DNA of 33,044 nt, taken from positions 1 to 33,044 of the IMG/VR virus record IMGVR_UViG_3300036713_000142, one strand, 5' to 3'. The translations under genes and the position numbers were made by a program. Below, one piece after another: positions 26,598 through 33,044 of the stretch. The DNA is from a virus. Its lineage: Duplodnaviria > Caudoviricetes. The notes below the pieces were generated by a model. It searched no databases, was not told the DNA's origin, and was given only the letters and a program-made list of their open reading frames with translations. How positions within the stretch are numbered: position 1 is the stretch's first letter; each line of letters opens with the position of its first letter.

Positions 26598-27650
26598 TCA
26601 ACCAGCCAGCAGCTCAATAGCAGCAGCAGGGTTCACCCAATCAGCACCCATAGCCATGCGACCAACGATGATGTCACCCTGATACATGGTCTTCACGTCA
26701 GAGCCAGTGGTCTGAATCTGAGGACCGATAGCTTCCACAACACCAGCTGCTTCCTTAGCATAGATAAGACCGCAGGAGTTGGAGAAGTCACCACCATAAT
26801 CATTGTTCTCACCAGGCACACGAGCAACGGTACCAGGAACCATGAAGGGCAAGTTGTTGGAGCGCCAGATCTTGATGCCAGCAATCTCATAGAGACCTTC
26901 ACCAGACTGAACACTACCAGCACTGTTACCGTAGTCACGGTTCAGAATGTTGGTATCAACCTGAGAGATCAGAGCGTAGTACTGACGAGGAGACATCACA
27001 GCATTACGACCTTGCTTGGGCACGTTCTTCTCATCGAGAATAGCAGCTGCTTCAAAGAAGGCATCCACCAGTGCTTGGGCATTGTACTCGTTACCAGCAC
27101 CAAGTTGGATCTGGCTACCACCAGGCTCAGGACCAGGAGCGGCAGAGATAGGATGAGCTTGACGTGCAGCCTTAGCGATCACACGGAAGATCTTTTTGTC
27201 GTAAGCTTCAGCCAGAGCATGACCGATCTTAGCAGAGATTTCCGAACGCAGACTGTAGTGAGCCAGGGTCTCATCAAGGTCATAGACGAAGGCGCTGGAG
27301 ATCAGCAGGTCGTCCATGACGATGGTCTTCTCAGCCACGGGAGGGTTGGAAGTACCCAGAATTGGAGTGCCAGGCTGGTGATAAGCAGCATCCATCCGAC
27401 CAGTGTAGATGAACTGAGCCGAACGACCGTTGCGAAGAGCACGGTTCATCACGGTGCCTTTAGCAATCGTAGCACTCTCATATGCCTTAATCATCTCGCC
27501 GGTAAACAGCTTGAGATAAGTAGCATACTTACTGTTGTAATCATTAATGTTATCAGTAAGACCAAGACCAGGAGTCTTGTTAATATTACCTGTTGCCGTC
27601 AGAGTAGTATTCGGCGGCACACCAGGATTTGCAGACCAAACAGAAGCCAT
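26598..27650 (-). CDS. major capsid protein (T7 gp10-like)
   Basis: LKLFTGE, GRSAQFIYTGR, DDLLIS and GHALAEAYD motifs. Confidence 0.96.
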   Translation of the reverse strand: MASVWSANPGVPPNTTLTATGNINKTPGLGLTDNINDYNSKYATYLKLFTGEMIKAYESATIAKGTVMNRALRNGRSAQFIYTGRMDAAYHQPGTPILGTSNPPVAEKTIVMDDLLISSAFVYDLDETLAHYSLRSEISAKIGHALAEAYDKKIFRVIAKAARQAHPISAAPGPEPGGSQIQLGAGNEYNAQALVDAFFEAAAILDEKNVPKQGRNAVMSPRQYYALISQVDTNILNRDYGNSAGSVQSGEGLYEIAGIKIWRSNNLPFMVPGTVARVPGENNDYGGDFSNSCGLIYAKEAAGVVEAIGPQIQTTGSDVKTMYQGDIIVGRMAMGADWVNPAAAIELLAG

Positions 27651-27787
27651 TGTAGTTAAAGAAAAGAGAAGTTATGTGAGTTTCTCTTTAAGCGCTTAAA
27701 GATATTAAGTTTTTATTTCTTCGGTAAATTCTTACGCTCACCGAACGCGTTCGGTATGAGGTGCCCGCCGTAGCAGATTCATACCAA

Positions 27788-27837
27788 TGGGTAAGGGAGG
27801 AATTGCACCTCCCAATGCCGCTTTTACGGACTACCCA
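27788..27837 (-). ncRNA. tRNA-like minihelix element
   Basis: GGGUAG...UUACCC acceptor-like stem stacked on GGAGG-UGCAAUU-CCUCC (5 bp plus a 7-nt loop), with one short intervening hairpin. Confidence 0.5.
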
Positions 27838-27845
27838 ATGTCCTT

Positions 27846-27908
27846 TTAGCGGACAATTGTTTTGTTGTACTTAACACCACGATAGGTGTAGGTAACTTGA
27901 ATAGACAT
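27846..27908 (-). CDS. DUF4278-like YRG peptide (20 aa, MSIQVTYTYRGVKYNKTIVR)
   Basis: Read manually. The YRGVKY motif lies directly downstream of the riboswitch-like fold. Confidence 0.8.
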   Translation of the reverse strand: MSIQVTYTYRGVKYNKTIVR

Positions 27909-27910
27909 AG

Positions 27911-27980
27911 TTCGTACCGATAAGCTCATGCGCGTTCCAGCCTTGAGCAACCCGTCCCACACGTGGGATGAACGTACGAA
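27911..27980 (-). ncRNA. glutamine-II (Downstream-peptide) riboswitch
   Basis: P1 CGUUC/GAACG, P2 UCCCAC/GUGGGA, pseudoknot GCUCA/UGAGC, and the CGUUCAUCC..GGACG..GGAACG signature, upstream of a YRG peptide. Confidence 0.8.
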
Positions 27981-27983
27981 ATA

Positions 27984-29039
27984 TTAACCAATTACCGGAG
28001 CACTATGTGTCGCCAAATCAAGTGGGAAGTTGTGAGCATTACGCTCATGCATAACTTCGAAACCAAGATTGGCACGATTAAGAATGTCAGCCCAAGTATT
28101 AACTACTTGACCTTGACTATCAATAATAGATTGATTGAAGTTAAGACCATTCAGGTTGAATGCCATGGTGCTTACTCCAAGCGCAGCAAACCAAATACCA
28201 ACCACAGGCCAAGCAGCGAGGAAGAAGTGAAGACTACGGCTGTTATTAAAGGAAGCGTACTGGAAGATGAGCCTACCAAAATAGCCGTGAGCAGCGACAA
28301 TATTATATGTCTCTTCTTCTTGTCCAAACTTGTAACCGTAGTTCTGGCTTTCTTGCTCGGTGGTTTCACGGACAAGAGACGAAGTGACAAGAGAACCGTG
28401 CATAGCACTGAAGAGTGACCCGCCAAATACTCCCGCAACACCAAGCATATGGAAGGGGTGCATGAGGATGTTATGTTCAGCTTGGAACACCAACATGTAG
28501 TTGAAGGTTCCCGAGATACCCAAAGGCATAGCGTCAGAGAACGACCCTTGCCCAAACGGGTAGACCAGGAAAACTGCGGAAGCCGCCGCAACGGGAGCTG
28601 AGTAAGCGACACAAATCCAAGGCCTCATTCCTAGTCGATAGCTAAGTTCCCACTCTCGTCCCATGTAAGCAAAGATGCCAATGAGAAAGTGGAAGACGAC
28701 GAGTTGGTAGGTCCCGCCATTGTAGAGCCATTCATCAAGTGAACCAGCTTCCCAAATTGGGTAGAAGTGTAGTCCGATGGCATTGCTGCTCGGAACGATG
28801 GCTCCCGATATAATATTGTTCCCGTACATAAGGGAGCCAGAGACGGGTTCACGTATTCCATCAATATCTGTTGGTGGTGCGGCAATGAAGCCGATAATAA
28901 AAGCTGTTGTAGCGACAAGCAAACACGGAATCATGATTGCGCCGAAATGTCCGACGTACAATCTATTGTTTGTGCTGGTTACCCAGCTCAGGTAATTATC
29001 CCAAATGTTTGAGCGCTGTTTTGTTAATACTGCGGTCAT
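27984..29039 (-). CDS. psbA: photosystem II reaction centre protein D1 (351 aa)
   Basis: [36 protein letters not shown] and [17 protein letters not shown] at 29039; no intron. Confidence 0.99.
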   Translation of the reverse strand: MTAVLTKQRSNIWDNYLSWVTSTNNRLYVGHFGAIMIPCLLVATTAFIIGFIAAPPTDIDGIREPVSGSLMYGNNIISGAIVPSSNAIGLHFYPIWEAGSLDEWLYNGGTYQLVVFHFLIGIFAYMGREWELSYRLGMRPWICVAYSAPVAAASAVFLVYPFGQGSFSDAMPLGISGTFNYMLVFQAEHNILMHPFHMLGVAGVFGGSLFSAMHGSLVTSSLVRETTEQESQNYGYKFGQEEETYNIVAAHGYFGRLIFQYASFNNSRSLHFFLAAWPVVGIWFAALGVSTMAFNLNGLNFNQSIIDSQGQVVNTWADILNRANLGFEVMHERNAHNFPLDLATHSAPVIG

Positions 29040-29355
29040 TGTAGAAATCAAAAACATCAAGTGCCTTATGGGCACGTCGATCTCCAAAATACGGCAGCAT
29101 CATATCAAGCAAACGGGTAACGTCTTTTTCATTTCCCACTTGCCATTTCCATGCGTCTTTAGTTTGGTGAGGACGACGCGGGCAATAAGTAATTTTATTA
29201 TTTATGCAGTTAGCCAATCGTGCAAATTTCATAAGAACATCACGATCTGTACTAACTAACTGAAGGTAGCAATAACCTTTTTTCTTACTAATGGAGATGG
29301 AACCTTCGCCCTCAAAGAGTCCAGACATCCATGCGGTATCCGCGAGTTGAGTCAT
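28996..29355 (-). CDS. single-motif LAGLIDADG-like endonuclease (119 aa)
   Basis: [15 protein letters not shown] motif followed by L.L.STD..VL, ..W.W.V and L...LPYF. Confidence 0.78.
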   Translation of the reverse strand: MTQLADTAWMSGLFEGEGSISISKKKGYCYLQLVSTDRDVLMKFARLANCINNKITYCPRRPHQTKDAWKWQVGNEKDVTRLLDMMLPYFGDRRAHKALDVFDFYNDRSINKTALKHLG

Positions 29356-29357
29356 AT

Positions 29358-29654
29358 TTAATTAAGTCGTGTTACTTTTACAGGAGCCACTCCAGCACCC
29401 AGCATGCCAATGCGTTGTGCTGTTCCCTTGCTCAGATCTAGGTCTCTCCCGGGAATGAAGGGACCGCGATCTGTTACCCTAACTACTTCACATGTTTTGT
29501 AGCACACTTTAAGTCGTGTTCCAAATGGTAGAGATTTATGTGCAGCCGTTGGCTCCATCATATTATATCGTTCACCGTTTGCAGTACGGTTACCATGGAA
29601 TCCTGGACCATACCAGGATGCAATTACAGAGATAGTAGTTAGGATAGGAATCAT
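29358..29654 (-). CDS. RlpA-like double-psi beta-barrel lytic transglycosylase
   Basis: ASWYGPGFHG..TANGE..TAAHKSLPFGT..VRVTDRGPF..LDLS. Confidence 0.92.
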   Translation of the reverse strand: MIPILTTISVIASWYGPGFHGNRTANGERYNMMEPTAAHKSLPFGTRLKVCYKTCEVVRVTDRGPFIPGRDLDLSKGTAQRIGMLGAGVAPVKVTRLN

Positions 29655-29800
29655 TTCTTTTTAGCAGTTTTAGCAGCTCTTCGGAAGTTGGCAGCAGTAG
29701 GCGCACCTTTGCTACCGGGTTTCCGCATCTTCTCGCCGGAGCCCGCGGCGATTCTTTTCTTCTTGGCGTGGATGTTAGCGTAGAGACCTTGCTTAGCCAT
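29651..29800 (-). CDS. small basic cyanophage protein (49 aa, MAKQGLYANIHAKKKRIAAGSGEKMRKPGSKGAPTAANFRRAAKTAKKK)
   Basis: Read manually, with start/stop coupling at both ends. The GLYANIHAK motif is familiar from marine phages. Confidence 0.85.
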   Translation of the reverse strand: MAKQGLYANIHAKKKRIAAGSGEKMRKPGSKGAPTAANFRRAAKTAKKK

Positions 29801-29850
29801 CAGCGCTTCTTCCCGCCGCCGCCTTTATGTCCTTTTTTACCGCATGCCAT
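29800..29850 (-). CDS. 16-aa Gly/Lys peptide (MACGKKGHKGGGGKKR)
   Basis: Exactly fills the gap between hli and the next gene, with TGATG coupling. Confidence 0.55.
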   Translation of the reverse strand: MACGKKGHKGGGGKKR

Positions 29851-29852
29851 GA

Positions 29853-30029
29853 TTAAAATACTCCAGGAATAATTTGTCCAGTTAGTGCGTAAGCGCCAAT
29901 AGCAGCCACAAAGCCAAGCATAGCAAGCCGACCGTTGAGCAGTTCAGCACGTTCGTTATGTGGTACACCGTAGGGATGGTCAGTCATAATAATAGGTGGT
30001 TCTTTTGCGAAAAGGTTATCAGTAGTCAA
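29853..30029 (-). CDS. hli: high-light-inducible protein
   Basis: AELLNGRLAMLGFVAAIGAYALTGQIIPGVF. The start is uncertain (TTG 30029 or ATG 29987). Confidence 0.93.
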   Translation of the reverse strand: MTTDNLFAKEPPIIMTDHPYGVPHNERAELLNGRLAMLGFVAAIGAYALTGQIIPGVF

Positions 30030-30783
30030 GGTTAGATCTCTCAAGTTTAGCGTAGACATCCTGTCGATATGCAGGATCTGTGTCGTACCGTGGGTCAGCC
30101 ATAGCACGAACAACTTCGGATTGGCTACGGAAGGCATCAACTTTATCAGCTGCAGGTCGTCCAGTCAACAGTTGACCGTCAACACCGCTTGCATCTTGGA
30201 AGCGATAGGCAAGAGCTTGTACAGCAAAGAAGCAGGCAACAGGGTCACCTCGATCCATCACTGCATCATACATGTCAATCTCTTGTTCTGACATGTTCTG
30301 ACTAGCCCAACTTAGCATGTTTGCATATTCCTGTTCTCCTCCAACAATGTTTTGGAGAGCAGAAACATTCTCAGCACTAAGCTCTTGTCCTTCAGGTTCA
30401 CCTTGTTGTGAACGATAATCAAGATACATCTGAGCCAAGTCTGATGGATCCATGTTACCAAGTTTCTCCAAAGTTTCTTGGCTAAACTCTGATTGAGATT
30501 CTTCCCAAAGTGTATCAAGAAAAGAGGTATCAAGACTATCTTCTTCTACCTCTTCAGTTGGTTCTTCAACAGTAGTAGGTTCTTCAGGTTCAGGATCACG
30601 AGAACTAAACTTCTTTTGAAGTTCCATGTAAGCCTGTTCGAGTTCTTCAGCATCTCGAAACTTACCAGCCAACAACTCTTCCTGAGCAGACATTGCCTGT
30701 TCACCAATGGCTAGCGACTCTTGCTCTTCAGCAGTCAGCTCACCTTCGGGAGTTTCATTAGGATTGTACGTCAGTGTTGTCAT
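30019..30783 (-). CDS. capsid assembly scaffolding protein (gp9-like)
   Basis: Acidic protein with LLAGKF..AEELEQAY.EL, VGGEQEY..MLSWA and DPRYDTDPAYR. Confidence 0.93.
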   Translation of the reverse strand: MTTLTYNPNETPEGELTAEEQESLAIGEQAMSAQEELLAGKFRDAEELEQAYMELQKKFSSRDPEPEEPTTVEEPTEEVEEDSLDTSFLDTLWEESQSEFSQETLEKLGNMDPSDLAQMYLDYRSQQGEPEGQELSAENVSALQNIVGGEQEYANMLSWASQNMSEQEIDMYDAVMDRGDPVACFFAVQALAYRFQDASGVDGQLLTGRPAADKVDAFRSQSEVVRAMADPRYDTDPAYRQDVYAKLERSNLDY

Positions 30784-30979
30784 TTGCTTTGGCGTGGATT
30801 ACTTTGAGATTACCGAGACCAACAGTCTCTACATATTCAGTTGAACGACCCAGAGTTGGTGTACCAATCTTAGCTTTGGGAGCATACTTGTTCACAGGTT
30901 TAACTGGTGTGAACTCTGGTGTCGTCGGAGGTTCAGCTTTACTGCGCTGGCGGCGCTTCGGAGCTTGTTTGTTGTCCAT
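30758..30979 (-). CDS. hypothetical basic protein (73 aa)
   Basis: Overlaps the portal end and the scaffold start; NKYAPKAKIG motif. Confidence 0.65.
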   Translation of the reverse strand: MDNKQAPKRRQRSKAEPPTTPEFTPVKPVNKYAPKAKIGTPTLGRSTEYVETVGLGNLKVIHAKANDNTDVQS

Positions 30980-32510
30980 ATAGTTCGGGATTTTTGGATG
31001 GATCGTTTGCAGGAGCAGATGCTAGTTGACCAACTTGCTTGGTAAGTTCCATTTGCTGTTGTTGTTCCATAGATTGTGCCTGCTGATCTTGTACTTCTTG
31101 TACAGTCTTAACAAGGTTCAGGACATCAATACCTTGTGCAGCTGCAAGACGTTTGATTACTTCTTCAGGATTAACATAGGTCGCAATAGCTTCAGGACCC
31201 ATGGTCTGAGCAATAGTTGTAAGGAATGCACCCAAGCTTTCACGATCTTGTCCACGACCAAGTGCATTGATACCAGCCACAATGGTTGGCTTCACAAGGT
31301 CTTTGGGTAGGCGTGGAATCTGTCCTGTCTTTTGGAATACATTCAGTTTACGATTCAGATAAGGAACCAAGAACTCAACAGTCAGTAAACTAAATAGTCC
31401 ACCAAGCTGTTGTTCCAATTCCATCTGTGTCATACGAACTTCCTCAGCAGTAGTTCGTTCGGATTGCCGTACAGAAAGGATGAGGAAAGCCTCACTCAAG
31501 CGACGTTCAAGAGACTGCATTAGTTCATAAGCAGTCCTGAAGTCAGCAGTTTTACCTACCTGTACAACACCGATGTCATCAGGTCGTCCTTGAATGATTG
31601 CACCGTTGCCTGCCTGCGCCAGCGTTTGCGGTTTGGTAGTGCTTGAGGGTGATACCACGAACACAACCTTAGCAGCTGCTGCAGAGCCTTCTACCATAGC
31701 CTGAGAGAGTGCTTCAAGAGACTTGAGATCTCCGATGAACTCTTCAATTCTACCACGACCATACACCTCACCATCAACAGTATTGAAGCGAAGTACTAGC
31801 CAAGGGTTAGCATCAAGTGGTGCCTTACCCATGGAACCAGGAATAATTTTGTCTTCATATTCTTGGTACCAAATCATTCGGTTGTTATCCCGTTTGATGT
31901 GGGTATAGATGTCAGCCTCATCATTACGATCAGCGACTGTTCCTTCTACTTTGTTAGGCATGTCATCAGGAATCATACCACGTAGAAGCTTCTTATTGAT
32001 GCGTTCTTTTGTGACTATTTCAAGCACGTTGCCGTTGCCATCTCGATCTACAACGTAGCGATTCAGCGGATAAAGTTTAAGACCATCTTTACCCATGTAG
32101 ATTAGTGCATTACCTGCTACTACCAAATGCTTAAGAGCTTGGTGAATAGTAACACGGTCACTTGATGATGCAATAGCTTCAAGGATTGTTCGTTCAATCT
32201 TTGCAAAGCTTAGGTCAAGTTCAGACCTAACTGCAGGATCAAACTCCTGACCAAGTTTAGTATCATCAAGTTGTAGTTTGAAGAAGCTAGTCTGTGGAGG
32301 AACAAGGGCGAGCATCAACTTAGATGCAAGTGTTACTACACCCTTTGCTCCAACACTTTGCCAAGGTGTAGGGAGATACCTAGCACCTTTTTGATAATCT
32401 TCTTCACCACGAATCAAATAGGGCAGAGTTAGATCTGCCGCTTGTCTTGCTACGTCTAGAAACTGGGAACGATCACTGGCTAAATAGTCATACCTTTGTT
32501 TAGCAGTCAT
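30939..32510 (-). CDS. portal / head-to-tail connector (gp8-like)
   Basis: WQSVGAKGVVTLASKLMLAL, YGRGRIEE and ERTTAEEVR motifs. Confidence 0.97.
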   Translation of the reverse strand: MTAKQRYDYLASDRSQFLDVARQAADLTLPYLIRGEEDYQKGARYLPTPWQSVGAKGVVTLASKLMLALVPPQTSFFKLQLDDTKLGQEFDPAVRSELDLSFAKIERTILEAIASSSDRVTIHQALKHLVVAGNALIYMGKDGLKLYPLNRYVVDRDGNGNVLEIVTKERINKKLLRGMIPDDMPNKVEGTVADRNDEADIYTHIKRDNNRMIWYQEYEDKIIPGSMGKAPLDANPWLVLRFNTVDGEVYGRGRIEEFIGDLKSLEALSQAMVEGSAAAAKVVFVVSPSSTTKPQTLAQAGNGAIIQGRPDDIGVVQVGKTADFRTAYELMQSLERRLSEAFLILSVRQSERTTAEEVRMTQMELEQQLGGLFSLLTVEFLVPYLNRKLNVFQKTGQIPRLPKDLVKPTIVAGINALGRGQDRESLGAFLTTIAQTMGPEAIATYVNPEEVIKRLAAAQGIDVLNLVKTVQEVQDQQAQSMEQQQQMELTKQVGQLASAPANDPSKNPELYGQQTSSEAPPAQ

Positions 32511-32531
32511 TAGTTCTTAAAGATAATTAAA

Positions 32532-33032
32532 TTAAAGCAGACTTGTAATACCACGGATGTTCAGTGCATTCTTCAACTTAAGTCGATTCAGTTGACCTGT
32601 GCCAAGTTGAAGGAGTCGGTTGCGCTCACGTTTACCGCGACGACGCTTGAAGCCAAAGGCGCCAGGACCAGTGCCAGTAGAACCGAACATCAGACCACCC
32701 ATATCGGGAGTGGTTTCTTCAGTGGGTTCGTTGATGATGGGACCATCACCTTCTGCTGCAATTGGTTTGTCAGCAACAGCAGGAGGCTCAGCTGCTCCAC
32801 CACCTTTGCCTTTGCCTTTACCACGGCGACCACCGCCACCGCCGGTACCACCCATCCCTTTAATACCAAGGATAGGCTCACCACTTCCAGTAGCGCCGAA
32901 GTAGCGTTGACCACGTTGTAGACCAAGACCACGAAGTGCTTTTACATCTTTGCTACGTGGGTCAAGTGAGGATGGAATACCACCACCTGTACGACCACCA
33001 TTTCGATCTGGCAATGTATTATCGAAAACCAT
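32532..33032 (-). CDS. Gly/Lys-rich pre-portal virion protein, possibly 5'-truncated
   Basis: Sits at the position of T7 gp7.3-like genes and has a basic C-terminus. The frame stays open to the window edge. Confidence 0.65.
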   Translation of the reverse strand: MVFDNTLPDRNGGRTGGGIPSSLDPRSKDVKALRGLGLQRGQRYFGATGSGEPILGIKGMGGTGGGGGRRGKGKGKGGGAAEPPAVADKPIAAEGDGPIINEPTEETTPDMGGLMFGSTGTGPGAFGFKRRRGKRERNRLLQLGTGQLNRLKLKNALNIRGITSLL

Positions 33033-33044
33033 GTTGAGCAGACC

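Noticed and set aside
26414-26617. Programmed frameshift producing a 10B-like extended capsid
   Set aside because: The downstream frame is +1, no slippery heptamer is visible, and the ORF has its own GGAGG RBS and ATG.
27788-27837. Functional tRNA gene
   Set aside because: Only about 50 nt with no anticodon arm; kept as a tRNA-like element only.
27984-29039. Group I intron in psbA
   Set aside because: The reading frame is continuous and of normal length.
29040-29087. N-terminal extension of D1 given by the ORF track
   Set aside because: It lies inside the LAGLIDADG-like ORF; MTAVL at 29039 matches the usual D1 start.

Overview
This window is about 33 kb of a T7-like cyanopodovirus (Autographiviridae-type, probably infecting Synechococcus), with essentially all genes on the minus strand. 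Reading in the direction of transcription (right to left), it contains the portal, scaffold and an auxiliary cassette (hli, two small basic peptides, RlpA-like protein, a free-standing LAGLIDADG-like ORF overlapping psbA, psbA, and a glutamine-II riboswitch with a YRG peptide). The major capsid gene follows, with a terminator, tail tubes A and B, three internal virion proteins, a split multi-gene tail-fibre region and a GH73 endolysin. Next come a nuclease-rich packaging module (EndoVII-like, TerS, HNH, AHH-like, TerL), thyX, a non-coding stretch that probably spans the genome ends, and the first small early genes. Five signals stand out. (1) An RNA-rich 330-nt interval between psbA and the capsid gene holds a pseudoknotted glutamine riboswitch, a 20-aa peptide, a tRNA-like minihelix and palindromes. 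(2) A circularly permuted M23-like peptidase is fused behind a lysozyme-like domain in the gp15-like protein. (3) The LAGLIDADG-like ORF sits at the psbA start, next to atypical D1 substitutions. (4) A collapsed mosaic duplication in the early region extends a KTSC-like protein. (5) The early leader is structured and carries an rrn boxA-like motif. All family assignments come from motif recognition by eye; no searches were run.
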